A stretch of DNA of 64,000 bases from Gordius albopunctatus. Taxonomy: Eukaryota. The first letter of the stretch is position 1. Every line of letters begins with the position of its first letter. Under the pieces are notes generated by a model. That model ran no database searches, had not been told where the DNA came from, and worked only from the letters and a program-made list of their open reading frames with translations. Shown here in pieces: positions 27,226-41,200 of this stretch. A program made the position numbers and the translations under genes. Location of the stretch: NCBI GenBank assembly GCA_964276515.1, contig OZ193909.1:21080001-21144000 (forward strand). Reading direction: 5' to 3'.

Positions 27226-27660
27226 TAGAGATGTGCACGGATCGATCCGATCCGTCAAAACTTGGATCGGATCGGATTTAGATTTTAAAAAACTCGGATC
27301 GGATGGATATGAAATTTTTCAAAAACCCCTCGGATCGGATCAAAAAAATTTGATCCGTGCACACCTCTAACGCGAATTAAACCAGAAAATTTAGATTCTT
27401 TATTATTTTTATATGATAATATAGAATTAGTCAAATAAAATTTTATATTTATTTCAGGTCTATTAAAATTGCATTACCTTATTTTTATGTATTTTGAATT
27501 TAATCATCAATAAAAAGTTATGTTCGTAAAATTTTAATTAAAAAATGTCGGATCGGATGGGATTTAGATTTTAAAAAACTCGGATCGGATCGGATGGATA
27601 TGAAATTTTTCAAAAACCACTCGGATCGGATCAAAAAAATTTGATCCGTGCACACCTCTA
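27226..27660. mobile_element. hAT-type MITE rich in CGGAT repeats, right end present twice
   Basis: TAGAGATGTGCACGGATC ... GATCCGTGCACACCTCTA ending at both 27369 and 27660; TSD GGCCAAAT / GACCAAAT. Confidence 0.8.
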
Positions 27661-28811
27661 GACCAAATAAAGTCCTTCTCAACTAGCTAGAGTTTCCTAG
27701 TGTATTTTTAACATTGCACGGGCGGGTGTAGTAGCTTTCTGTTGGAAAGTTTTGTTTAAAACTATCATGATTTTGGAATAAATTATATATTATAAATAGA
27801 ATTTGAAAGAAACATATTTCGCGGCTTCCTCGCGTATGCTTAAGTATTTTGAAACTATTTCTACCTGACGGTCGTTAAACTTCAAAATTGTCATCTTACT
27901 TTAATATTGTAAAAATTTAATTAGCGTCGGGGTCAGCATCAAGTTTACACTCACCCATGCCCCCGCAGTCAACTTAAGTGTTACAGTTTCCCCTCTCTAA
28001 ACGTATTATATGTTACATCATGTTCCCTTGACTGAATTAAAATATTACAGTCTTCCTTCTACGTACGTTAAATATTATCCTTTCCCTTCCCTTCGCCCGT
28101 CCCGACATCTTTAGTAAATTGTGTATTTTGGACAAATCATTAATTTAATATACCATATTTATTATAAGTAAATTATTATTTGCTTTGATTTATGGAGAGT
28201 AGAAGCATTTTTCCACTCAATAAGAAGTTCTTACAATTTTAGAATTATTAAATATGCACAGGTTTAAGGGGGGGGGGGGGGGTTGGTTTAAAAATTTATA
28301 TTATCCCATTTATGCTGATCGAACGTTATATTTCATTTTAATTATAGTTGTCTTAAAATTAGAAAGATTGTTTATCAAAATTTTTGTATGCTTAATTTTG
28401 CTCCAGTCCAGACTCGGCTTTCCCATTAAGTCATACAGGGGTCAATTTTCTCGGACCCTCGATGGCTCGTGCAGGGCTCTACTTGACTTCTTGAAATCCT
28501 AAATTGCTCTTAATGCATAATTGCTATTGAAAATTGGCTAGACTTATAGTGCCAAAATTATTTGCGAAGAACTCAATCTCCAAATTTAAACAATAATTTA
28601 AGTAAAGCTACTTGACTTGGCAAACTTAAATTATATTCATTTGATAATATTTTTATTGATTTGTGCTCTTCAATATTGGTCATCCAGAGAAAAGGTTTAA
28701 TTTGGTATTAGCTTCAAGTTATATGGGGTTTAATATAAAATTGCTTTAAAATAAGCGTGTGACTCTTAATCTGCACAATTCACGTATAAAAAAGAACCTT
28801 TTTAACTATTA

Positions 28812-30719
28812 AGTTACGGTTGCATATCAAAACTAAAGTTTGGAGACTTTTCAATTGAATCGGCAGAAGGTCACGCTGCGCGGATAAGTCTTCAACAAAT
28901 TCCCTCCAATCACTGCATGGTTAAACTAGACTTTGCCAATGCATTCAATAATGTTCGCCGAGAATTGATAATAAATTCCTTCGTTTAGGAGTTCCCAAAG
29001 TTTTCAAATTACATCAGTTTAAGTTACGGTTGCATATCTAAACTAAAGTTTGGGGACTTTTTAATTGAATCGGCAGAAGGTATTCAACAGGGTGACCCTT
29101 TAGGTCGACCTTTGTTTTGTCTAGGAATCAAAAATTTAACCGAATCTCTCTCAAACCTATGCGCTTTATCATTAAACGTCTGGTACGTAGACGATGCAAC
29201 CTTATGCGGCCCTCCGGAAGAAATCTCCAAGGTCATTCTTTTAATCCAAGATTATGAAATATCTCTAAATGTGAGATATATCAGTGCCCGGATACAGATA
29301 TATTTCCCATTTTTAAGCCTTTTTTAAAAGTGGAAATGAAGAGTTTTACTCATCTAAGCTCCCCAATAGGTGGACAAATCGCCTTAAGAGATTTTTTACA
29401 TAGTCACCTATCAACCCTTACCTCGAAGATGGATATTATTAATACCCTCCCCAAACACCACGCATTTTATATCATTAAAAATTATTTTAATATCTCAAAA
29501 ATTTAACACTGCTTCCGGTCATCATCAGCTTTTTTATTATCCGAAATTTTAAAAAGCTACGATAGCTTCATGAAAAACACGCTAGAAGCTACCTTAACAT
29601 CAAATTCAGCACTTCTTCGTGGCTCCAAGCCTCATTACCTACTAAAGCTGGCGGGTTAGGCATACGCCCAACTACCTCAATTTCATTAGCAGCCTTTATC
29701 TCCTCGTATAAATCCGCCCAAGGTTTGATCGACCGATTAATAACAACAAGCGAAGACCCATCGTTTGTACACGCTCTAGATGTCTGGTCTGCCAACGTCA
29801 ACCCAGGGACCCCTTTCCCCATAACCTCAAGACAAAAGGATTGGGATGCTGGCCTCGTATCGCGCTCCGTTGATTACCTCTTATCGAGTTGCGACGCCCG
29901 CCAGCACTTCAACCTTAAATCTTTGGTTTTAGACGGATCGGGTCACGAGTGGCTAGAAGCTTATCCTAGTTCACTTTCTGCACTGATGTTAGAGGACCCA
30001 GAGCTTGCATACTCCATCGCCCTCAGACTAGGAATTCCCTATTCAAAGGAATTTTTCTGTCGCAACTGCTTCCAGAACGTAGACATTTATGCTAGGCACC
30101 CCCTACACTGCCTTTACAATAAAATTAAATACACAAGGCACGAAAAGGTGAATAGCCTTATCCAAGCCGCTTTTAAAAAAGCCAACATTCCCTCCGTTTT
30201 AGAGCCGTCAGACCCTTCGTTAGAGGGAAGGATGCGACCAGACGACTCTACCCTTATCCCTTGGCAAAATGGTCTACCCCTTAAATGGGATTTCACCTAC
30301 ATACACATTTTCGCCCCCTCTAACCAAAACTACAACGCTCTGACCCTCGCCGAACACCGCAAAACGGTTAAATACCAGGCCCTCCTACCATCTAATATCT
30401 TTACCCCTATCGTTGCCTCGTGTTCTGGGACTTTTGGTGCGGCAGCCATTAAGCTTTTTAAAGAAATCAGCCGTCGCTGCCCGCCCTCTAAATATTCCAC
30501 AAATTTTTTACTTAAACAAAAAATTGGTATTTTTATAGCAAAGTACAATTTTAAATCCCTGGCCGACAGTTGGCCACTTTTACAAGATGACACATGCGAC
30601 ATTTTTGAATCATAATATTTTTATTTTGTTTTACACCCGCTTTTATATTTGTCGAATGTTGACACTTCGTTTTTATAATGTTCTTACGTTCAAATAAACA
30701 ACATATAAATAAAAAAAAA
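28812..30719 (+). mobile_element. 5'-truncated CRE-like non-LTR retrotransposon (RT + CCHC finger + restriction-like endonuclease)
   Basis: KLDFANAFN, GIQQGDPLG, WYVDD, LPTKAGGLG, CRNC..D..H..C, RHEKVN, RPD..WDFT..EHRK..KY; A-rich tail 30705-30719; flanked by a 111-bp direct repeat. Confidence 0.85.
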
Positions 30720-31014
30720 TTTGGTATTAGCTTCAAGTTATATGGGGTTTAATATAAAATTGCTTTAAAATAAGGGTGTGACTCTTAATTTGCACAATTC
30801 ACGTATAAAAAAGAACATTTTTAACTATTACATTGCTCTCTTAAAAGTAATATTTTTATCGCGCGAAATAATTCTACTAGGTTTATAACTTAGGTTAGTA
30901 ACTATGGAAAATAGCTTTTTAAACGTTCATTTCGGCATATGTAAATATGGATTATTGTTTCTAAATAATCTTTTTTTGCAAAAGGGGAGAGAGATTTAAA
31001 GCTTCTAGGCAAAG

Positions 31015-31190
31015 ATTTAGAAAAGTATTGGATAAGAGGGTGCCGGGGAAGAGAAGAAAGGGACAACGCCGTGTCACTCGGAAAGTGCAGGTAAAATAGG
31101 TGACGAAAACTGACCGATTAAGATTTAGGAAACTTATCAAAGCAAACCCCACGACTGTGAGACCGGATATAAGATAAAGAAGAATAAGAT
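31015..31190 (+). mobile_element. RTE extreme 3' fragment
   Basis: Matches 42440-42635 (GTGCCGGGGAAGAG.., AAACCCCACGA, AAGAAG-type tail). Confidence 0.7.
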
Positions 31191-32157
31191 TAAACTATTA
31201 TGAATTGATTTACCTAAGGTTAGGACCTGGTTCCCTAGCTAACCATCGTTAGCAACCCATTTAAGCCCGGCCAATCAACAAATCTGGACTAATAAACCTA
31301 TTATAAACTGCGTCAATTTATTTTATACTTTTAAAGAGTAGACAAATCGTGGACAAAACGTCATCGTAGGTAGGTATAGTTGTAAAATAAAAGTAATGAA
31401 TCCAATGTTATAAACATGGACATGTAAATAAATTATATTATAAATCACTTTCTATGTTATATTAATTACAACCAAATAGCCCTTAATAATAATAATAATG
31501 ATAATAGGTTTTTTTATAAATATAGGGGTGAAAAAATGATGGAGATAGCATGAATATTTTGACGCGTTGAAAATACATTTCAAAGTGCTAAATCCTTCAT
31601 AGGGTTACACGAAAAAGTTCTGTCCAATGTTAACATCGTATAAACATAATGTAGAGTTTGTTTTAGGGGACATATAAATGGCGTATTTGTTGATAGGATA
31701 GATAAAATGACAATAGCACTCTAAAAGGGTATACGATATTTACACACATACATAGCGAATATCACAATTCCGACCAGAAGTTATATCTTAATCAAAGTTA
31801 TAAAGGATTAAAAATATGTAAGAGCACCACAATAATTGAATTGAACAATTGCGGTCAAACAAGTGATTAGATGTTCAATGTTAAAAGTCCGATCTGACTA
31901 ATAAAACTGTGCACTGTATTTGTTTTAGTGAATCACTTGAATACTTGAATAATATAAATACATGGTAACTAGAGGTGTGAATGAATAGATGTAACAAATG
32001 AGCAATCTATAGGTGTAACAATTTTATAGAAAAGATTTATATTGACAAATAGAATCTTTATTAATAAATCAAGGTGTGTAGTGAGTCATACGACGAAACT
32101 TCAACTCTTATTAGTTCGTTTATAATGGTGTTGCTGTTGCATATAGGACTAAGGCAG

Positions 32158-35100
32158 TCAATTGAACGATGAAGACGATTCATTATAGTTAAAATCAACA
32201 TTGACAAGGGCGTTGCTTGAAACAGTGCGTGCCATAGAAAAAGGTGAAAATGCACGATTGGATTCTTTATGGTTAACTTGCTCCCTACACGGGCTATAAG
32301 GTTTAAAGTCGTGATCGTGACTTTGGGATTGCAAATAATAACCATTAAACGACACGTCCTTATCACATTGGCAAGCAGAATGACTTTTATCACTCCAATA
32401 TAGATTGCGATCAATTTCGTGCCCATTTTTAGTTGACCGGGTCATATCATTGTAATCGCGCGTTTCCATATCACTTATAGAAGATATTCCTTGGTAAATG
32501 CGATTTCCCGAGGTTTGGTTATAGGGCTTGTTTAGAGTTTGCCTCAGCAAACTGAATTCATGTTGCGAAGGCGGTGTACTGCCTAAGGCAGGAGGAGTTA
32601 AGTTAAGGCGTGAAGAAGAAACGGAATTTGAACCGAGCATTGAATCCACCTCAGGGGCCATATTATGGTCTGGAATTTGGTGAGTGGGGTTAAGGAAATT
32701 GTTTGTAGGGTCTTGGCAAGTTTTGGAGCATTGGTTAAAATAAACCGGATTTGAAGGGACTGAATGTTTAAAGCCACAATCCCGTTGCCTGAGTTCTGAT
32801 AAATCTAAATATACTTTAGAAGCAGTTTCAACAACCGGTTCTTCGTCATTATTGAGGGGTTCATCATTGAAGTAGTAGTTTTCGGTGGGATGATATCTTT
32901 GAGGTTTTTGAATTTGTTCACCCTTATAATTTATCTCTACATCACGGGAATTAGGTAGTTGCGAGACCATAGAACGTTGGTACGAATTAGATTCATTATA
33001 ATTGGAGAACCTATTATCGGTTTGCCATTGTTCACAAGTGTAGTCAGTATTGACGTTAATTTTGGAGGAATCGTGCTTATCACTTACTGGTGTGTATATA
33101 GGTTTAGCAGACCAATCCATCGTTCGATTTTCATCGTCGCATTGTAATACAGTTTGTGGACTATAATTATATGGTATCGAGGGGACATCCTGTAAACCTG
33201 GTTCATTTAAAGAGGATGTTGCACGATCGTTGCCATTGTAATGGGGATAGGGTGAAAAATTAGTATCCAAATTGGTAACCATACGGTAGGGATGTGAATC
33301 TTCAGTTATTACTTTAACCTGTTGACTCTTATAATTACTTTTTTGTTTCAATATATCCGGTTCGCAAAAATTATCCAGATGATTGGCATAATGTTTTTTA
33401 CGGGTCAAATTATTGTCGGAAAATGTTGCAACACAGGATATCGCACGATTCCTGAATTCCGGCAGGTTGGCGTAATCCATAGGAGTGGCTAAGTAACTTG
33501 ACGATCTATTACACGTTCCATAATCTGTTTCCGTATAATCTAAAACATTTTACAACTATTAAAATAATATTTCCTTTAAAAACGGAAGGGTGCCGTAATT
33601 AAGAAAAAATCAACTTATTGACTCAAAAGTTATAAATTAAAAAACTTTTTTTTATTATCATAATACTCCCTCCAGCATAGTAATCATATCAATACATTAC
33701 AAAAATCTTACCAGATGAGTGATTTGTTGGACTTTGATGGTATAATAATTCTTTGGAACCTTTTCCGGAAAGAGGTGACAATGAATTACGAGACGAAGAA
33801 AATGTTAAAGGGGATGAATCTGAAAGAATGGAGCGATTGTTGTAATGGTTCGTAAAAGGTTTGAGCAATGTTGAATTTTGCGACCTCTCGAGGTTATAAA
33901 AATGGCTTTCGCGTGGTTCACTCATTAACCCACAGGTATATGCGTAGGGATATAATTTATTATCTCCATTTTCAACGGGTATATTGTATGCAAAAGGTTT
34001 AAAAGCATTTGGATGCGCGTTAAGATTGGATGGTGCACCAACCTGTTTTAAAGATGATATCGAGCTTGAATTGGTATAATAGCCGCCGGAATAGGTAGGA
34101 TCACAAATACTTGACAGTGAAATATTCTGTGATATCCGTTTTCTAACGCGTCCCTTTTTCTTTTCGTAAGCTTTAGGATCTAAAGTAGCGGCCCTCCTTC
34201 TCGCCGTTTTACCTGGCTTTGCATCTGGGTTGATCATCCACCACGAACTTTTCCCAGCACCTTCATTTTGTAAACGGATAAAGCGGTTGTGCAAGGATAA
34301 ATTGTGACGAATTGAATTCTATTATAACGGGCATAGCAAAAAAACTTTATATTAAGTGTAAAAATGTTATAGCTGATAAAATGAGTAGATAAAAAAGAAA
34401 TAGTATCCAATGTTTGATTTTAATCATTTTTTATATCTAAAAACCTATTATAAAAGTTTGTAATGCTACATAAGAGAAATATAAAGTATATTAATAAAAT
34501 GTGATTTTATAGCATTAGAATATCATCAAACAAACGTTTGATTTGATAATATATCTTTAATAATAAATATTTATGAATAATTTGCAATATTGATTAAAAA
34601 AAGGTTTAGACATTGGCACCAACCCTATCAAATAAAAAATATTAAATTAAACAATACCCATTAGCAATGAAAATCTAAAGCGAGCTTTGTTTATTTAAGC
34701 CCGTTATATTTGTATAGAGCTTGACAAATTTAAAGGAAGTAAATTCTACTATGTTTTAACACTCAAACAACGTAATCGAGCATCAATTTTATCTGATTAA
34801 AAATTCAGTACGCTATCTAGTTTGATTTATGGGCAGAAGAGGCACTAAGTCATAAGGTGTTAATGGGTATTATAGGGACGAAAGTGGCAACACATCTACC
34901 TAACCTCGGGTTTAAAAGTTAAACTGCAATTTGTGACAACCCTTATAAAATATAAAATTGCATTCAGCCAAGATCCAAACATCCGGCCTTTCTCTCGCCG
35001 ACTCCCCTAAGCAAGCAAAGCAAAATCCACTAATATATGGATGGATGATAAATCAAAGGAGACACAAACGCATAATCTATACTCCAACTCTTAAGGCCAC

Positions 35101-38100
35101 ATCAATTTATCGTTTAATCAAAAGTATGACCATGACCTTGGGGTATGCGGCTCAAAAAGTTATAGGCCGCTGCTACCTATTACGTACTATTATCATACAA
35201 TCTATCTCGATGTATAGAGAGAGAGAGCTAAAGCGTGATATTATATTAATGAAACATTACAGAGTTATATTAGCAGCCTCGTATTTATTATACATATTAA
35301 ACACATCATTATTTATTATATTCATCCTAAGGTTCAAAACAATATCTCCGTCAGATCTTCCATCATTTTTTTTGAATTGACATGCTTTATTAAATAAAAA
35401 GTATTAAATATTGAGTGGAATTAATAAAAAGATACAAGAACGAAAACATTTATATAAAAAAAGATTAAAACACATTATCCGTTTCTTCATCTTTGAGAAT
35501 GGGCATTGAATCCATCAAAGAATAAAAATTGGATTTAGCGATCGCGATGGCAATTGATTGTCTTAGTAAAAAACTATTCGATATTTTAGAAGAGGGTGAG
35601 CGTTTATTGAGTTCCTTAAAAAATTTAATACGCTCTTCCCAAACGTCCCTGAGCACGACGAGACGATAGGAATAAAAACGGAGGGTTCGGATAAAGCTGA
35701 GTATTTTAAGGATTTACGGTGCTCTGCCGATCCTAGGGGGTCGTGAGTATCGTTGGAGGGGGCAAACAGGTCAATACAGGTGTAGTCCCATTTTAAGAAA
35801 AGGTCTTTGTTCCATGGGATAAGTGACGAACCTTCAGGACGCATCCGCCCTTCGAGAGAGAAGAAACTTTTGCCCGTTTCAGGGCAGTCTGGAGCAGTGT
35901 ATTTATTTGTTGGTGCCTACTATACCGGCTTTTGTTAAATTTACAATGCAGAGGGTGACGCGCTTCCTCATCTACAAGTGAATTACAAAGCCGGCAGGGG
36001 TATGGGGACGTGTATTTACAGCCCAAGCGGAGGGCTATATTGTAGGATAGGGTAGGGTTCTCTAAAAACATTCCCGAAAACTTACTCGGGTAAGCTTTAA
36101 GCCATTCATGACTGGATTGGTCGAAAGCCAATGACCTAAGATTGCAATGCCGTTTGGCGTCGCATGTCGAGAGAAGGTAAGCAACGGACCGCGACACCAA
36201 ACTTGCATCCAAATCTTTTTGGGCATATGATTGTGGAATGTCAACTCCTAAATTGGCATTCTCATTCCATAGAGATAAGGCTTGATTGATAGAGGGGTTG
36301 AGTGAGAAAGGGACAAGGTCGTTGATAGGTTGTTTAAAAGAAAGGGATGAGGAAATAAAGGCGACTAAGGTAGTCGCAGTTGGAGAGCGAATACCTAGGC
36401 CACCGGATTTTGTGGGGAGAGTGGCTTGAAGCCAAGTATTCGTGTTAAAACAAATATTTAAAATTAATTCAAGTTTGGATTTAAAAAAGTGTGTATTATT
36501 GTGTAAAACATCTTTAAATAAAAAGGCTTGCGTGGAGCGGAAGCAAAATAAAATTTTGCTAATGTTGTAATAATTTTTTATAATATAAAAGGAATGATGA
36601 GATGGCATAGATTTAAAAATGTCTAATTTGGTTTTTAAAGAAGAGAGATTTTTGTCTAATAGGTGCGCCTAAAACATACAAATTGTCTTTTTTAATTTTG
36701 GCAAAGTCAAAAAACTTTGTGTGAATATTATCCAAGTCAGAATATATTTCACTCTTAGAGGCGTTTAAACATAAGTTTAGAGTGGGGAAAAAACATCTAT
36801 TTCATCTTCTAGTGCTTGGGCTAGGTTGTCAGGGGTGCCAACAAGAGGGGCTGTCTAGGTTATTATAATCGGGTAATTGTTGAAGATATAACCCCCTATA
36901 TCTATATTATAAAGTAAAGTGTATGTATATATGTATGTAAGGGCTAAATTCTGAAACTACCGACCCGATTCGCGCGAAACTTTACCCGTTGGTTCCCAGG
37001 GCGGCCAAGGGTAAAATAGCTTTTTCAGAATCCTAAAATTTCTTTTAGTTTTAAAAATATGGGCCTTTTAGTTTTAAAAAATGGCTTAATTCTAAAACTA
37101 CCGGCCCGATTCGCGCGAAAATTTAGCCGTAGATGCCCAGGGATGCCAGGGGTAAAATAGCTTTTTCAGATTCCTAAAATACCTTTTCGTTTTAAAAATA
37201 TCGGACATTTCCCGGCCAGTTTAATTTATAGCAGCATATACAATAATGACGTCATACATACAAGGCTGAAGTTTTCTCGAATTAGATATTTAAAAGTATA
37301 ATAAAAATCTTACGGTCTACGGTCAAAATTATTGGGATTTAACAAACTATTTAAATTAAATAAATAATATTTAAATTATTATCACGTGGTCGATCATAGA
37401 AGCATATTTTTAATAATTATCCATCTTTCAATTAATTATTTTATTATATTAAAGAAAATTGTATTTCAAATAAATCAGCTAACTAGAAAAATAAAAGAAT
37501 GGTATTATTGTATAATAAGTAACAGCATGGATCAGCAATTTTTTCAAAAACATTTAATTTTAGTGGGATTTGATGACTAAAATAGAATTCGCATTTGGTT
37601 TGTCTTATTATATATAGACACTAAAAATAGTGGGTTCATAAAATGCATGACGTGATAAAATTCGTGCTCTAAATAAAAATATTATGGATATTTTATTTAT
37701 TTGAATTATTATTTCATATATGACCCCATTTTAGATAAGTAGTCTTATTAATAGGTTATACTTATTTAAACACTTGAGGACTGAGCCAAAGCAACGCTTG
37801 GCCGCCGGGCACAGCTAGTTGTTAATTAGAACAACGTAACCTGGTCATATCTACCACCGATATTAATAATATATCTAAATGGGCTTAACCAGGATTGGGA
37901 TTAGGGAGGGGCAAAACGATCCTTTTTTGAAATGTTAGCCATGATTATAATAGATTTCAAAAAATTTTTGGGCTCAAAGGGGGACAGCGCCCGCCCCTGC
38001 ACCCCTTGGCTACGCCCATGAATATCTACCAATATCAATAACTGCATTGTAACATTTTGTAAGGCCTATATATTATATATGCTGCTGTTGGCTTCAATAG

Positions 38101-38244
38101 CCCATTAAAAGTAATAAATAGAGAGGGGGAGGAAAGAGTGAAAGACAATCAACACCCAATAACGTGCCCTAGACGATTGGATTTACGTCATAACAATTAT
38201 TTGACGAGGTGGATAGAGCTAGAAGTAAGATTGATTGATGATAC

Positions 38245-38284
<40 letters not shown>

Positions 38285-41200
38285 TAGCTTAAAAGGCGCA
38301 GGAAGGTGTGTAAGCGATTAAGTGCTTATACCCTCCACCCACCTAATATCTCTGTACCCCCCATCTACTATTATATCTTTTAAAAACTGGTGGAGCGAGG
38401 GTGAGTTATTTAAGCCTTTCCCGGGTTGTTTTCCCTAGTAGTAGTACTAACAATTCCTACGAGGGATGAGAGCATGGGCGGAGGAAAAGGGTTTAGCTGT
38501 CGGAAATACTCTTCTATTAAATTATTGATGCTGTTTTTAGAAGGTTCATCAATAGTACCTGCCTAGTTAGGAAGCGCAGTAAATGTGCCGGGTACGCAAA
38601 GGAAACCTTTAAAACAATTTTAAAAAACCTATCTCTCGTCTTGCTTATAATTGGTATGTTATAAAATAAATTTGCGTCGATGAGAGAATCAAAAATTGTG
38701 AGCTTTAAATCATAATTCTGAAAGTTAAATGAAGCACTAATGATAATTTCAATACTACTACTCCTTTTAAACGGTCATTCGTATAAAATAAACTCTTAAA
38801 AACTAAATCGAACAATGAACTTTTAATAAGAATACATGCAAATCTAATAGAATTTAAAATACATAATGTTTTAAATATCAATTCAATATATTAAATCTAG
38901 AAGTTTCTATCTAAAATGGTTAATAAGCTATTAAAAATGCGATAAAACATGGGCAATTAAGTTAAAAATATTATAAGAGACTAATTCACATAACTAGTTA
39001 TCACTGATGTTGACATTGACCCAATATTGGTGGATTAAGTGTGTTAATCAAATATATAGTCTTAATTATTACCCATAAAACATATAAGACTAAATACTTA
39101 AACTAAAAGATCTTATTACATGGACTAACTAGCTTTAAACACTTGATCGTCGTCAATTCCTTTAGATACTCTAATACCTAGTCATCTTAATTCTCGTTAA
39201 AATTTGTTTCTGAAGATGCCTATAATATTAACCGATAAAATGACATTGATTATTTATAAACCAAGCCATGGACGTAGCCGGGGGGGGGCAGGGAGGGGCG
39301 GCTGCCCCCCTCTAAATCCAAAAAATTGTTGAAATTCATTAAAATTATGGCTAAAATTTCAAAGAATGTTCATATTGCCCTTCCCTAAACATTCCTAAAC
39401 CATTATTACTAAATAACAATTATACCAAACAGTCCACAATTTTAATATCCTATTTTAAAGGGTTCGTGCAATCCATTTCCGATTCAAATTTTATATTAAG
39501 TCCTAAAAAATGTCCAAAGAATGAATTCAAATACTCTTGTCAAATGCAATCTCCGTTTTCCGAAAATAAATATTATAACATACACATAGCTTATAACAAA
39601 AAAATCGATGTAAATGTACAATTAAAAATCCATGTCTAGTTATTTTGAATTCACTATTTTGGCGTTGCATATTAATGGGTGGTGTTAGTGTCGTAAAAAC
39701 GGCTGGGGGGAGGCTTAGTCGAAAAACAGATCAGAGTTGACCGTTAGTCTTAGTTAAACCAAAGATCGAACAAAAAATTCCCAACTGTTTTAACAACACT
39801 AGGTGGTGTGATAACAAACACTACCTGCGACGGTTCCAAGTTCGTGTGCAAAAAGTGGAGGGTAGGCGTCAGGTTGGAAACCGGCTATAAAATACAACCC
39901 CAAAATTATGATAGTTTCAAACAAGATTTTACAAGAAAAGGCTAGGGCGTCGTCCACAAACGACGCGCACTGCATACCCCGCCCGTGAAATGTGAAAATA
40001 CACTAGGGTTACTGCCCAACTCACAACGTAGGCGGTTAAGGAAATTAGCTGTGGAAAAAAGGCGAATAACGTGCTGGAATGTAGGAACGTTGACGGGGAA
40101 TTGCATCGAGGTCGCACAAATGCTAAAAAGAAGAAAGGTACACATCGCCTGCCTACAAGAGACGAGATGGAACGGAACTAAAGCCCGGGAGTTAGGATAA
40201 GGCTACAAACTATTCTACAGTAGGTCATCAAATCGTAGAAACGGGGTCGGTATCGTTCTAAGCGAATCGTTCAAGGACAAGGTGGTCGAAGTCAAGCGTT
40301 GTTCCGACAGGCTAATGTGGATGAAGATTTCAGATCAAGGGGGCCTCCTAACCGTTATGTGCGCGTATGCTCCCCAAATTGGATCAGAGAAAGACATATT
40401 CTTCGAGTCATTGGAAAAAAAATACAAGGAATAAGACAGGAAGAAAAGCTAATTATTGGGGCAGATTTCAACGCTAACGTAGGAAAAGATTGACTCGAAT
40501 ATGATGAACACGGTCATGGAGGCTATGGGCATGGTCTGACCAGGCAACATCTTCCCCTTGTTATGGATCTTGACAGAAGAGTATTTCCCGAAAGAAGAAA
40601 GTTCTACGAACCTCGAATTCGATACGAAAGGCTAAAGAATACGTCGACGAACAAAGAAAACCATCAAAAAAGCCTGCTCACTCTTGGGTGCAAGGAAGTT
40701 GCAAAGGGACCTAGACGACGAATGGGAGACGCTATCCAAGGACATTAAGGAAAAGGCGATACGTGTTCTAGGACAGACCAAAGGAGGCAAAGCTATAAAT
40801 ATGGAACTATGGTGGTGGGATCAATCGGTTAAAGATTGCATCGAAATAAAGAAAAATCTATATAGACGGTGGCATAAATCAAAAAAGTCGGAGGATTATC
40901 AAGAGTACAGGGACGCAAAGAGGGCCGCAAAGAAGGCCGTTGCAAAAGCGAAGAATGCTGCGTACACCGAGATGGCAAACAAACTGGATCATAAAGGGGG
41001 CGATAGGCTTATGTACAAATTGGCCAAGATAAGGGAGAAGAAAAGTCGAGATGTCGGAGTTTTTAAAATAGTCAAAAGCGAGAAGGGTCAAACCTTATTC
41101 AAGCCGAAAGAAATGATGGAAAGGATATTTTAAGAAACTTATGAATATTGCAAATGACGAGGATCCCCTTCCCAAAATTGAGCCAAATTTAAGTATGGTC

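Noticed and set aside
27226..27660. Short CGGAT repeats as a CRISPR-like array
   Set aside because: Subterminal repeats of a hAT MITE; no repeat-spacer regularity; eukaryotic context.
34958..35380. 140-aa + strand ORF in the FoxO intron
   Set aside because: Non-ATG start, no recognisable motif, AT-biased composition.
38243..38284. (AT)n(GT)n microsatellite
   Set aside because: Ordinary simple repeat.
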